From an uncultured Acidimicrobiales bacterium (GTDB lineage Bacteria; Actinomycetota; Acidimicrobiia; Acidimicrobiales; UBA10347): a stretch of 64,000 nt of DNA. How positions within the stretch are numbered: the stretch's first letter is position 1; each line of letters starts with the position of its first letter. Shown here one piece after another: positions 34,898-45,065 of the stretch. A program made the position numbers and the translations under genes. The notes beneath the pieces are model-generated. The model did no database searches, was not told the origin of the DNA, and worked only from the letters and a program-made list of their open reading frames with translations. The DNA lies in assembly GCA_943788915.1 (NCBI GenBank), contig CALSSD010000006.1, positions 186,001 through 250,000 of the forward strand. Reading direction: 5' to 3'.

Positions 34898-35979
34898 GTC
34901 GTCAGACACCTCTTCACCAGGTACACGAGGCGCTTGGTGCCCGAATGATTGACTTTGCCGGATGGGACATGCCGGTTTGGTACAACAGTGCGACCGACGA
35001 ACATCACGCAGTGCGTTGCGGTGCTGGACTGTTTGATCTCAGTCATATGGCAGAACTCTTCGTGACCGGTCCCGATGCAGGTGCTGCGCTCGATTGGGCG
35101 CTTCTGATCGAAGCGTCAACCATGCCGGTCGGACGTGCTCGTTACTCGATGATGTGTAACGAGATGGGTGGAATCATCGACGACCTCATCGTCTATCGGC
35201 TCGACGAGCATGAGTTCTTGGTGGTAGCGAACGCATCAAACGGACCCACGGTGTTCGCCGAACTGGTAGAGCGGTCGTCCAGGTTCGATGCCCAACTCGA
35301 AGACCAGACCGATGGTTTTGCCTTGCTTGCGGTACAGGGTCCGAAAGCCGAAGAGATCGTGTTGCGGCTCACTGGTCCCGAACTGGGCGAACTTGGTTAT
35401 TACCGGGTCGCTCACGTCGAGGTCCTCGGCACGACTGCGTATGCGGCCCGCACCGGCTACACCGGCGAAGACGGTTTTGAGCTGTTTGTGCCGGCCGAAC
35501 TCGGTCCCGCACTGTGGGACGCGTTGATGGCCGCTGGTGGTGACCACGGACTCCTGCCGGTTGGGTTGGCTGCACGAGACACACTTCGACTCGAAGCAGG
35601 TATGCCGCTGTATGGCAACGAACTCTCCCTCGAGACCACACCGTTTGATGTGGGATCAGCTCGACTCGTGAAACCCAAAGACGGCGGTTGTGTAGGCGGC
35701 GACGCACTCGCTGCTGCGGCCGAGGAACCCCACGACTTCCTCGTTGGACTCCATATCGACGGCCGACGCCCGGCACGTACCGGTTACGAGGTTCGCTCAG
35801 ATGGTCGGGTTGTTGGCGTCGTCACCAGCGGAGCGCCGAGCCCAACACTGGGTCAGAACATCGCCATTGCCCGACTCGACCACACCCCAACCATCGGCGG
35901 GACCGTCGAGGTTGACATTCGGGGCACGGAAACTTCGGCCACAGTGGTCGAGTTGCCCTTCTATCGCAGGCCACACTAA
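34894..35979 (+). CDS. gcvT: Glycine cleavage aminomethyltransferase T
   Basis: [44 protein letters not shown]. Confidence 0.96.
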   Translation: MSRQTPLHQVHEALGARMIDFAGWDMPVWYNSATDEHHAVRCGAGLFDLSHMAELFVTGPDAGAALDWALLIEASTMPVGRARYSMMCNEMGGIIDDLIVYRLDEHEFLVVANASNGPTVFAELVERSSRFDAQLEDQTDGFALLAVQGPKAEEIVLRLTGPELGELGYYRVAHVEVLGTTAYAARTGYTGEDGFELFVPAELGPALWDALMAAGGDHGLLPVGLAARDTLRLEAGMPLYGNELSLETTPFDVGSARLVKPKDGGCVGGDALAAAAEEPHDFLVGLHIDGRRPARTGYEVRSDGRVVGVVTSGAPSPTLGQNIAIARLDHTPTIGGTVEVDIRGTETSATVVELPFYRRPH

Positions 35980-35997
35980 GAACTCCAAGGAGAAACC

Positions 35998-36372
35998 ATG
36001 AGTGAAATTCCCGAGCAACTGTCCTACACCGCCGAACACGAGTGGATGGCACACGGTGACGTTACGACCGTGGGTATTACCGCGTTCGCGGTCGAGGAAC
36101 TGGGCGAAATTGTGTTCGTTGAGCTGCCTGCGGTTGGCGACACCGTCACCGCTGGCACTCCGTGCGGCGAGATCGAGTCGACCAAGGCGGTCAGCGAAAT
36201 CTACGCGCCCATGAATGGCGAGATCCTCGAGGTCAATGATGCACTTGAGTCTTCGCCCGAGACATTGGGCGAAGACCCGTATGGAGAGGGTTGGCTTTTT
36301 AAGATGAAGACCGACGAAGGCGAATACGCATTGCTCGATGCCGCTGGTTACCAGGCACTCATCGAGTCATAA
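35998..36372 (+). CDS. gcvH: Glycine cleavage H protein
   Basis: EHEW, VGIT.FA, IESTKAVSE (lipoyl Lys), DPYGEGW. RBS AAGGAG. Confidence 0.97.
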   Translation: MSEIPEQLSYTAEHEWMAHGDVTTVGITAFAVEELGEIVFVELPAVGDTVTAGTPCGEIESTKAVSEIYAPMNGEILEVNDALESSPETLGEDPYGEGWLFKMKTDEGEYALLDAAGYQALIES

Positions 36373-36399
36373 AATTTCAGCAACCCAGCAGCCTGATTC

Positions 36400-36543
36400 T
36401 CAGCTTGGCCGCAACCAGATCGCAGCGCCCACCGGGAGTTCGTCGACCGCTCGTTCAGGGGCAGATTCCAGGATGATCTCGCCTCGTGGCAGAGCCACAG
36501 GTGTGTCGGACATGTTCACTTCGACGGTCACGTCAGCGAGGTT
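36400..36543 (-). pseudogene. Remnant resembling the C-terminal beta-domain of a GH13 alpha-glucosidase
   Basis: After TAG (36544-36546) the frame reads NLADVTVEVNMSDTPVALPRGEIILESAPERAVDELPVGAAIWLRPS*. Confidence 0.45.
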
Positions 36544-36694
36544 CTAGGCCACTACTCGCGCTCCGCACCCCCGCATGGTCGCCGTGTCACCATCGGCGAC
36601 TTCACCCTCCAGATCGCTAAAATCAAGGCATGTTCTAACGTGTGATACTTCTGCCAGTGCAATACGCACTAGGTGTGAAGGTTATGTTTACGTG

Positions 36695-37906
36695 ATGACT
36701 TTCTACACGCTCTACGGCGCGCCCGCTTCTCTCTATACCGGCAAGGTGCGTTCGTACTTGCGGCGCCAGGGTATTGACTTCGTCGAAGTTGCTCCAGGAA
36801 GCGAGCGCTATCTCACCCACGTCGTTCCTCAGGTCGGGCGGTGGATCATCCCGTGTCTCGAGACGCCTGACGGAACGATCATCCAAGACGGCGCTGACAT
36901 TATTGATCATTTCGAAAAGGGCCCGGGTCAGGCGCTACGCACATGGTCGGTTTACCCCGAATCGCCGGCTCTGCTGGCGATTAGCCATCTGTTCGAGCTG
37001 TTCGGTGGCGAAGGACTGCTGCGCCCAGCCATGCATTATCGCTGGAATTTCGACGAGCAGAACCTCGACTTCCTGGCGGCAGAGTTTGCCCTGCTCATTC
37101 CGCCGAAACCTGACCGCACCGACGAAGAAACCAAGGCAACATTCCTGCATAACAGTGGTCGCATGCGCAACGCAGCCGTTGCCTTTGGCGTCACACCCGA
37201 GACAGCGCCCGCGATCGAAGATTCGTTCGTCGAATGGCTTGATCTGTTCAGCGCACATCTGGCCGACCACCCCTATCTGTTGGGTGGACACCCGACCATT
37301 GGTGACTTTGGACTGATCGCTGCAATGTGGGCACACCTGTATCGAGACCCGGCACCCGCAATGCTGATCAAGCAGCGTGCGCCTCGGGTTGGGCGCTGGG
37401 TCGAACGCATGACGACACGTGAGCCATACCTGCACGAATACGGTGACGATGTTTCGGCCGAACTGATTGATGACGGCGCTATCCCCGAGACCTTATTGGC
37501 GATGATGCGATACGTCGGCGAGGAGTACCTGGGGGAGTTGGCTGCTCATGTCGAGGTTGCGAATCGCTGGCTCGGGGAGCACCCCGAGATTGAACCGGGC
37601 ACAAACGGGCTCGACGATCCAGCGGCTCGCGGGCTGACGAAGGAACGCGGGCTCGCAGGTGGTGGGTTGGCGCAATTCGAATGGCGCGGTCAACAAATTG
37701 AGACCAGCGTTATGCCGTATCGCTTCTGGCTCATGCAGCGCCTCCACGATGATCTAGGCCAGGCCAGCGCGGCTGAGCAGCAGCGAGTCGGCGACGTGTT
37801 CCAAGCCGGGGGAGCAGCAGTCATCCTCGGCCTACGGACCCTTCGACGGGTCGAGCGTGCCGGCCACCTCGAAGTTTGGGGTCCCGAGCAAGATCTCAGC
37901 GCATGA
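36695..37906 (+). CDS. Glutathione S-transferase-like protein (long form)
   Basis: LYG...SLYTGKVRSYLR, IP.L.TPDG.IIQD, YLLGGHPTIGDFGL. Confidence 0.85.
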   Translation: MTFYTLYGAPASLYTGKVRSYLRRQGIDFVEVAPGSERYLTHVVPQVGRWIIPCLETPDGTIIQDGADIIDHFEKGPGQALRTWSVYPESPALLAISHLFELFGGEGLLRPAMHYRWNFDEQNLDFLAAEFALLIPPKPDRTDEETKATFLHNSGRMRNAAVAFGVTPETAPAIEDSFVEWLDLFSAHLADHPYLLGGHPTIGDFGLIAAMWAHLYRDPAPAMLIKQRAPRVGRWVERMTTREPYLHEYGDDVSAELIDDGAIPETLLAMMRYVGEEYLGELAAHVEVANRWLGEHPEIEPGTNGLDDPAARGLTKERGLAGGGLAQFEWRGQQIETSVMPYRFWLMQRLHDDLGQASAAEQQRVGDVFQAGGAAVILGLRTLRRVERAGHLEVWGPEQDLSA

Positions 37907-39190
37907 GTACTACTCAACCAGGTGTGCTTGACGGCGTACGAATCGTCGAGTTTGCGCAGAATGCAGCGATCCCACACTGCGGTCGGTTGCTCGCCGGGCT
38001 CGGTGCCGACGTGATCAAGGTCGAACCGCCCGCAGGCGATGCAATGCGAATGATCGCACCGGTCACCGATCGTGAGAGCATGGCGTTTGCGATGATCAAC
38101 CCTGGCAAGCGCAGCATCGTCGTTGATCTCACGAAGCCGAATTCGCACGCGGTCATCGACGCACTCTTTGCTTGGGCCGAGGTGGCGTTGGTGGCGTTCA
38201 AACCGCCTGACCTTGTCAGATACGGCATCGACTGGGACCACGCCCGAGCGATCAATCCTTCTCTGATTCATCTAACGCACACCTCGCTTGGCCCTGATGG
38301 CCCCGACGCCGATCAAGGCGGATACGACGTGTTAGTGCAAGGTCGAAGCGGGCTTGGCTGGATGATGAACCGGTCTGGTGGTATCGGGCAAGGCCCCACA
38401 GCCGACGCGTCCTGCAGTCAACGACTTCGGAACCGGTTTCGTCGCATCCTTTGCTGTGATGGCCGCCTTGCGACACCGTGATCAGACTGGCGAAGGCCAA
38501 CGAATTGATACCTCGCTGCTCGGCACCGCAATGAGTCTGGCAACACCAACGTCAGTTTCCTTTGAGCGTCAAGCCGACTCAATCGGAGAGCTCGACGAAG
38601 AACTCGCAGCGCTCCGCCTCGCCGGGTCGAGTTTCGATGACCAGCGAACGCACTATGAGCAGCGGGTCATTCCCGCGGCCGGGGCGTTCCGGTTGTATTT
38701 CCGCCACTATCAGACATCGGATGGTTTGATCTCGGTCGCCGGAATGTCGCCAGGACTGTTCGCCAAGTTACATAAAGCGACTGGCATCGACCCGCCACCG
38801 ACGAAAGATGCAAACGCTCCAGAATTCCAGGCGACGGTGCAGGCGATGGAAGACCGTTTCGCATCCCGAACATCGGCCGAGTGGCTCGCCGACTTGAAGC
38901 TGGCTGGGTATCCAAGCGGCCCCTACAACATGCCGCACGAAGCGGTGGTCGACCCGCAAGTGATAGCCAACGACTATGTGGTCGAGCTGAATCACCCTGA
39001 TATTGGTCGCTACGTGACCAGTGCCATGCCGTTCCAGATGGAAAAGTCTCGCGCCGAGGTTCGAGATACCAGCCCGAAATTCGGTGCTCACACGCGCCAG
39101 GTCATGGAAGAAGTCGGCCTTCCCGCTGACACGATCGCCATGTTGATCGATGACGAAACACTCATCGACGAAAGTACACGAGAAAGCTGA
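37903..39190 (+). pseudogene. CaiB/BaiF class III CoA-transferase, +1 frameshift near 38377-38390
   Basis: N-part (LDGVRIVE, LGADVIKVEPP.GD, N.GKRSI, GYDVLVQGRSG) and C-part (DFGTG, AALRHRDQTGEGQRIDTSLL, P.FGAHT) are in different frames. May be an assembly error. Confidence 0.85.
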
Positions 39191-39254
39191 CGAGACCGGT
39201 GACTGCACCCTGACATCCAGAATTCCAAAGGTACGATCGGGCGCACTCTGGCCG

Positions 39255-39558
39255 ACTCCACAGAGCGCTTCGAGGACCCACCGCACCGTGTCTCCATCGA
39301 CCGTTCCGAGCCTGCCGCAACGAGACGACCCAATAGGTGTGAGACGACTGTTTGTCGGTGCCAGACAAGCTGGTGCTGGTCGAACTCACCTCACAGATCT
39401 CGGTGCAGTGCGCGACCATCGACGGAGACAGCGAACAGTAGCGAGATCTGTCGGCTGCACTTTCCGAGCTGCTGGAGCACGAGATCGACCACATGGATGG
39501 CATCTCGATGACTGGTCGCATGATCGGCGACAAAGTCCGTTCTCTGCACGGCCGTTAG
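39255..39558 (+). pseudogene. Degraded peptide deformylase
   Basis: Frame from 39316 reads RNETTQ*V*DDCLSVPDKLVLV...EQ*RDLSAALSELLEHEIDHMDGISMTGRM. The CLS and HExDH motifs are present, with three in-frame stops and no intact N-terminus. Confidence 0.8.
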
Positions 39559-39562
39559 GCCC

Positions 39563-39646
39563 AGAGCTAGATACCCAGACCTTGATGTCGAGACCTTGAT
39601 GTCGAGACCTTGATGTCCAGATCTTGATGCCCAGACCTAGATACTT
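39563..39646. repeat. Six degenerate tandem copies of a 14-bp unit (AGACCTTGATGTCG)
   Basis: Units start at 39563, 39577, 39591, 39605, 39619 and 39633. The last overlaps the LLM gene stop. Confidence 0.9.
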
Positions 39647-40893
39647 TGACGGCTGGAGCCGGGTACCTGGGCCTTCTTGACAGATGCTCGGATGAGCGGG
39701 ATGTCGTCGTCGGCGAGCGGCTGCATCCATTGTTTGCGGGCGAGTGCAGCTTCGATGTAGGGCGCGAGTTCGGCTTCTTTAGCGGCGACTCGTTCGTCTT
39801 CGCCCTGCTTGAACTCGGGCATGACCTCGGCAGCGAACAACTCAAGGGCTTCGCAGATGTCGGCGTGAGGATTGCGGCCAGCCTGCTGAATGAAGATCAG
39901 TTGGTCGACACCAACGGCTTCGAGTTCGCGGATGTACCGGCTTGCGTCGGCCGGTGTGCCGATGGCTGACGCGTAGTCGTCGCCTTTGTCCATGGCCTTG
40001 GCCACGAATGTTTCGGTTGCGTCGGGGCCTCGTTTGTCCTGGAACTCCTGCCACAGGTTGGTGCGGCCAGGCACGCTGTCTTTGGTGACCATGGCACTGA
40101 TGGCGTATTGGAAGAACTCAAACCCCTCGCGGCCTCGGCGGATGGCTTCGGCTCGATCGTTGTTCAGTGAGAAGCCAGTGACGAGTGCGATGTTGGCGTT
40201 CACGGTGTGGCCCAGCGGTACACACTCGTCGCTCTTGATGATGTCGTAGTAGGTCTTGACCCAGTGCGCGGCCTCGGTGGGGTCAACGAACGTAAACGCC
40301 AGCGCTCCGATGCCGAGTCGAGCCGCCAGTTCGATGGTTGATCGGTTGGTGCATGCGATCCACATAGGTGGATGTGGCTTCTGACTTGGTTTAGGGATCA
40401 CATTGCGACAAGGAAACGAGAAGGACTCGCCATCGAAACCGGGATACGGCGTCATCGTCATCATGTTGGCGATTTGCTCGCCGGCCTCGATGCTCATCGC
40501 CCGTTTCTCCCTGGCGGGGATGTCGAAACCGCCAAGTTCCATTCGAGTGGCGCCTTCGCCGATACCGAACTCGACCCTGCCTCGTGAGATCAGGTCGAGT
40601 GTTGCGACCTCTTCTGCGACCCGAGCTGGGTGGTTGTAATTGGCTGGTGTGTGTTTGATGCCATGGCCGATACGGATGCGTTCGGTGCGGGCAGCACATG
40701 CCGCGAGGAACACCTCGGGCGCCGACGAGTGCGAGTACTCCTCGAGGAAGTGATGCTCAACTGCCCAGACGTTATCGATACCGAGCTGGTCGGCTAATAC
40801 GACCTGATCGATCGCGTCATTGAGCATCTGCTCCTCGTCGCCATCTTTCCACGGCTTCGGCAATTGATGTTCGTAGAAAATCCCAAATCGCAT
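39637..40893 (-). CDS. LLM-class flavin-dependent oxidoreductase
   Basis: MRFGIFYEHQLP, VEHHFLEEYSH, HPARVAE.VATLDLIS.GRVEFG, PKP.QKPHPP. Confidence 0.93.
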   Translation of the reverse strand: MRFGIFYEHQLPKPWKDGDEEQMLNDAIDQVVLADQLGIDNVWAVEHHFLEEYSHSSAPEVFLAACAARTERIRIGHGIKHTPANYNHPARVAEEVATLDLISRGRVEFGIGEGATRMELGGFDIPAREKRAMSIEAGEQIANMMTMTPYPGFDGESFSFPCRNVIPKPSQKPHPPMWIACTNRSTIELAARLGIGALAFTFVDPTEAAHWVKTYYDIIKSDECVPLGHTVNANIALVTGFSLNNDRAEAIRRGREGFEFFQYAISAMVTKDSVPGRTNLWQEFQDKRGPDATETFVAKAMDKGDDYASAIGTPADASRYIRELEAVGVDQLIFIQQAGRNPHADICEALELFAAEVMPEFKQGEDERVAAKEAELAPYIEAALARKQWMQPLADDDIPLIRASVKKAQVPGSSRQSI

Positions 40894-41033
40894 GACAAAC
40901 CCCCATTTGGCTGCGTGAATGCGACGCTAGCCGGGCAACAAACACCGACTACTACCGTCGGCATCTTTAGTAATTGCGGCTCCTCAACGAGAGCGATGGA
41001 TCCCGTTCGTAGGGTCATGCCGCGTGAGCGTCG

Positions 41034-41849
41034 TCAGACGGTTTGTAGGAAGTCCGTGACGGCGTCGTTCCACGCAACTGGCTGTTCGAAGTACGGGCTG
41101 TGGCCGGCATCGGCGATCTCCACGTAGCGGCTATTCGCCAACATGGCGCACGACTCCGCGAGTAGCGCCGGTGGGAACAAGGAATCATGTTCACCGGCGA
41201 TGAACAACACGGGTATACCCAGGGCATCAATGTCAGCGTGGTCGATTGCCCATTCAATCGTGGTGCCGATCTTGTCCATCGGCGGGGTGTGAAACGAACC
41301 AAGCGCCTCGTAGAGGAATGCGTGAGCCGGATCCCGCTTGACGGTTCCAGGCCACAACGCCGGATGTGAACCAATGGCCTGCGGGCCCGGGCGTCCTAGT
41401 CCTCCACCCTTCATGAACTCAGCGAAGGCGTGTTGGAGTGACGGCGTCCAGAGCCCGCCGACGGTGTCGGCGTACACGATCGATGACACTCGTGTTGGGT
41501 GCTGTTGCACGAACGCCGACGTGTGCCAGCCGCCCATCGACTGCCCAACCAGGTGCGCCGCGTCGATGCCAAGTTCGTCCATGACCGCAGCCAAGTCGGC
41601 TCCTGCGGCCGGCGCACTCGGTGCGTTCCTTCGATTCGTCGACAGTCCGAAACCTCTGCTGTCCCAGGTGAGCACTCGGAAGTGTTGGCCCAGTGCGGGC
41701 ACTTGGTGGTACCAGACGGCATGGGTTCCACCAGCTCCATGTGAGAGCACAACGACTGGCCGGTCGTCGTCGTCACCAGTCGTCGCCAACTCCCAATAGA
41801 TGGTCTCGCCATCGTGATCAACGGTGCCGCGCTGCAGAAACAGATCCAT
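41034..41849 (-). CDS. Alpha/beta hydrolase
   Basis: HGAGG, DSRGFG, GQSMGG, GEHD, AGHSPYFE. Confidence 0.92.
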   Translation of the reverse strand: MDLFLQRGTVDHDGETIYWELATTGDDDDRPVVVLSHGAGGTHAVWYHQVPALGQHFRVLTWDSRGFGLSTNRRNAPSAPAAGADLAAVMDELGIDAAHLVGQSMGGWHTSAFVQQHPTRVSSIVYADTVGGLWTPSLQHAFAEFMKGGGLGRPGPQAIGSHPALWPGTVKRDPAHAFLYEALGSFHTPPMDKIGTTIEWAIDHADIDALGIPVLFIAGEHDSLFPPALLAESCAMLANSRYVEIADAGHSPYFEQPVAWNDAVTDFLQTV

Positions 41850-41988
41850 CGATAGACCTTAATGTTCCTGCCGGTCGTGACTCGCCCATCACCGCTCGCA
41901 CGTGATCAGCACCGGGCCTGGCTACCAGAATTGATCCGAGCGAGCCCGGGGTTCGTTCCCCAGCGGCAACGAGGAGGTTTCGGCATCG

Positions 41989-43518
41989 CTAGACGCCGTG
42001 GCTTTCGCGTAGTACGCGTTTGAGGACCTTGCCGGTTGCGTTGTGCGGGATCTCGTCGATGAAGACGACTGATTGAGGCACCTTGAATCGCGCAAGATGT
42101 TCACGGCAGTGGTTGATGATCATGGCTTCGTCGATGGTCTCGCCGTCCTTGAGGACAACAATGGCTCGACCGACTTCGACCCATTTCTCATCGGGAATGC
42201 CAATAACCGACACTTCGCCGATCTGGGGAAGTTGATAAATCACGCTCTCAATTTCGGCGGGATAGACGTTCTCGCCGCCAGAGATGTACATGTCCTTCCA
42301 CCGATCAACGATGTAGATGAAGCCGTCTTCGTCCTCCTGGGCGGCATCGCCGGTATGCAGCCACCCATCAGTGATCGCTTCGGCTGTGGCCTCGGGACGA
42401 TTCCAATAGCCAGGGGTCACGTTGGGTCCACGAACCCACAGTTCACCCTTCTCGCCGACCGGCATATCTTCGCCATCTTCACCGACAATCCGTACTTCGC
42501 AATGCATGGCCGGCAGCCCAGCCGAACCAATCTTGACTTCGCAATCCTCGGGTTTGAGCGCCGTGACGAGGGGAGAGGTCTCGGTCATGCCAAACGCCTG
42601 TTGTAGCGGAAGTCCTTTCGCTGCCCATGCCTCGATGAGCGGCACTGGTGTTGGCGAGCCGCCAACTCCGCATGCCTCGATCGTGGGGAAGGTGGCGTTC
42701 TCGAACTCGGGGACCTGTGACATGAACAGGAAGTTGGCGGGGACACCCAGCAGGTGGGTGATGCCGATGTCCGGGTTCGTCAGCAGGCCAAGGCACTCGG
42801 AAGGGTCGAAGGTGTGCATGACCATGTTGGTGCCACCGAAGTGGAAACACGGGTTGGCAAACACGTTGAGCCCGCCGGTGTGAAACAGCGGCAGGAATGC
42901 CAGGTTGACCATGTTCTGCTTGAGCCCAAAGAACTCCACGCAGTTCACCGCGTTGTAGAACGTCATGCCTTGGGTGATCATGGCCCCCTTCGGCGTGCCG
43001 GTGGTGCCCGACGTGTACATAACGGTGAGCACGGTGTCGAGGGTGTTGTCGTTGGCCGTGAAGTTGCCTGGTTCGGCCGAGGCAATGGCGTCTTCGTAGT
43101 TAGCTGCACCGTCGTCGTCGCCATCCCAATTGATGCGGTGTTCGATGCTGGTGTTTGCCTCGAGATCTCGGGCCATATCGCTAAAGGCGTGGTCGTGCAC
43201 AATGACCTTGGGCGTGCAGTCTTCGGCGATGAACGTGAGTTCCGACAACGTAAGGCGCCAGTTGACCGGTACGAAGATGGCGCCGAGTTTCCAGCACGCG
43301 AACTGGACTTCGAAGAAGTTGGTGTTGTTCTGAGCAAGAACGGCGACACGATCCTCGGGCCCAACACCGAAGTCGTGCTGCAAGGCAGCGGCGAGCCGAC
43401 TGGTGCGGTCCTCCATGGCTGCCCAAGTGAACGTTCGATTGGTCGCCAGGTCAATCTGGGCGATGCCATCAGGCCGTGTGTTCGCATGGTGTGCGATCCA
43501 ATCAAAAGAGCGTGTCAT
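41989..43518 (-). CDS. Long-chain acyl-CoA ligase (FadD/MenE-like)
   Basis: YTSGTTGTPKG, LPLFHTGG, FGMTET, WLHTGD, ISGGENVYPAEIE. Confidence 0.95.
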   Translation of the reverse strand: MTRSFDWIAHHANTRPDGIAQIDLATNRTFTWAAMEDRTSRLAAALQHDFGVGPEDRVAVLAQNNTNFFEVQFACWKLGAIFVPVNWRLTLSELTFIAEDCTPKVIVHDHAFSDMARDLEANTSIEHRINWDGDDDGAANYEDAIASAEPGNFTANDNTLDTVLTVMYTSGTTGTPKGAMITQGMTFYNAVNCVEFFGLKQNMVNLAFLPLFHTGGLNVFANPCFHFGGTNMVMHTFDPSECLGLLTNPDIGITHLLGVPANFLFMSQVPEFENATFPTIEACGVGGSPTPVPLIEAWAAKGLPLQQAFGMTETSPLVTALKPEDCEVKIGSAGLPAMHCEVRIVGEDGEDMPVGEKGELWVRGPNVTPGYWNRPEATAEAITDGWLHTGDAAQEDEDGFIYIVDRWKDMYISGGENVYPAEIESVIYQLPQIGEVSVIGIPDEKWVEVGRAIVVLKDGETIDEAMIINHCREHLARFKVPQSVVFIDEIPHNATGKVLKRVLRESHGV

Positions 43519-43609
43519 CAGTCTGTACTCCCAGGTAGGTACTTGTCTTCAAATCTAGTTCGCTACAGGGCCTCGGGTTTGATTCGGCGGCGCATGGCTA
43601 TGGCTGGGG

Positions 43610-45025
43610 TCAGCGGTGGCCAATTCCTGGGAGTGCAGATGTGAGCTTGTCGATCTCGCGTGACAGGTCGGGGCCAAAACCTTGACGGATGTCGAAGTCT
43701 TCCCGTTCCACTCGTGCCGCCCCGAGCCGACGGGCCTCGGTCTCGACCAGTGACACCAGTGATGCCGGGCCGCAGACAGCAACGTGCGCTCCTCTCAGTC
43801 CATCCGGACCGTGATGCTCACGCAGAGAATCTGGGCGGAAGCGATTGCCGTCTGCTGAGGCATGAACAACGAGTTCAAGATCGCCAGCAGCATGGTGACG
43901 TTCGAGGTGGTCGAGTGCCATCGCATCGTCATGAGAACGCACGAGATAGTGCAACGTTGGAGTCGTTCCAGTGGGAAGGGACCCTGCAGCACTGAGAAAT
44001 GGAGTGATGCCGACACCACCAGCGACCCACACGGTTTTCGTGGCTTGACTGTCGACAGGTGCGAACTCACCGTAGGGACCCTCGACCGTCACCGTCGCAC
44101 CCCGGAGGTCGCACTGCTGCAGGCGGCTGGTCCAATCGCCGAGATCCCGGATGAAGAAACGCAACGTGGGTGAGTCGGGGTGGGACGCAATCGTGAAGAT
44201 ATGTGGCTCACGGAGACCGGGTTCTTGGATCTTTAGGACGGCAAACTGGCCGGCATGATGTCGCAGCGCCTTGCCTTCGGGCGTGAGTTGCAGCTCGAGC
44301 GTCGAACCATGAACGTCGGCCGCGCTCACCCGATAGGTGATGCCGGGAGCCACGATGTCCTTGCCAACAACTCGAATGATGTAACCCAACAAGCCAGCGA
44401 TCATGATGCCGCCGAAGTACCAACCCCAGGGTGATCCATTTGCATACGGCTTCTCGGCGGTAAAGAAGTGAAACGAGGCGAACGCGAACGGGATGCCGAG
44501 CAGCTTGTGGGTCCAGCGCCACCACCTATACGGGAACAGTCGTACCAAACTCAGCCCCACCAGGATGTACAGCATGGTTTGGCCGGTGCCGGCCAAGTCT
44601 TCGGCGGTGTCTGCGAGTGAACGGCTTGCGCCCCGGATGCCACCTTCGATCTCTGGTTCCACACTGGTATGCAGGAACATCGCCACGACCGCCAAGGTGC
44701 CGGCCCATCGGTGCACTCGATACATCGAATCAAGTCCACCGAAAATGGGCTCAAGGAATCGCAACCTGATGGCCAGGACGAAGCTCCACGCCATAAGCAC
44801 GATCGACGCAGCCCCGATGAAGAGCCCAAAGGCGACGTTGGCTCCGTCGCCGGTTGCGCTGGCGAAAGCGAACCACGGCAACACAACGGACGCAGCCACG
44901 GCGAGGGGGCCGATCAGATGTTTCCCAAGACGAGGAGGTCGTATCGATGGTTTGCGCAACTGCCAGTCCGAAGGCGTACCGAGTAGGGATGATCGAACGG
45001 CGGACACGTTTGTCGTTTTTGCCAT
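43610..45025 (-). CDS. Ferric-reductase-like membrane flavocytochrome (TM + FAD/NAD-binding domains)
   Basis: FGGLD..Y..HRW.G, W...HKL.G, H.FTIAS, GDWT, EGPYG, VAGGVGITPF, CGP. Confidence 0.9.
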   Translation of the reverse strand: MAKTTNVSAVRSSLLGTPSDWQLRKPSIRPPRLGKHLIGPLAVAASVVLPWFAFASATGDGANVAFGLFIGAASIVLMAWSFVLAIRLRFLEPIFGGLDSMYRVHRWAGTLAVVAMFLHTSVEPEIEGGIRGASRSLADTAEDLAGTGQTMLYILVGLSLVRLFPYRWWRWTHKLLGIPFAFASFHFFTAEKPYANGSPWGWYFGGIMIAGLLGYIIRVVGKDIVAPGITYRVSAADVHGSTLELQLTPEGKALRHHAGQFAVLKIQEPGLREPHIFTIASHPDSPTLRFFIRDLGDWTSRLQQCDLRGATVTVEGPYGEFAPVDSQATKTVWVAGGVGITPFLSAAGSLPTGTTPTLHYLVRSHDDAMALDHLERHHAAGDLELVVHASADGNRFRPDSLREHHGPDGLRGAHVAVCGPASLVSLVETEARRLGAARVEREDFDIRQGFGPDLSREIDKLTSALPGIGHR

Positions 45026-45048
45026 AGGGGCAACCTAAGGTTTCGTTC

Positions 45049-45065
45049 CTGAAGCCTGGCTGAAG
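45049..45065 (-). promoter_or_regulatory. CTTCAG-N5-CTTCAG direct repeat, possible OmpR-family regulator box
   Basis: 11-bp period, upstream of TAGGTT-N6-ATG of the ferric reductase gene. Confidence 0.4.

Noticed and set aside
31791..36372. Functional link between the gcv operon and the GrdB-like gene
   Set aside because: They are about 28 kb apart with unrelated genes between them and no other grd genes. Riboswitch-gcvPTH is an ordinary arrangement.
39340..39342. Sec readthrough at TGA before DDCLS
   Set aside because: It is flanked by two in-frame TAG stops and the N-terminus is deleted, so this is a pseudogene. The position is probably a former Trp.
39563..39646. CRISPR array
   Set aside because: The 14-bp units abut with no spacers, and there are no cas genes in the window.
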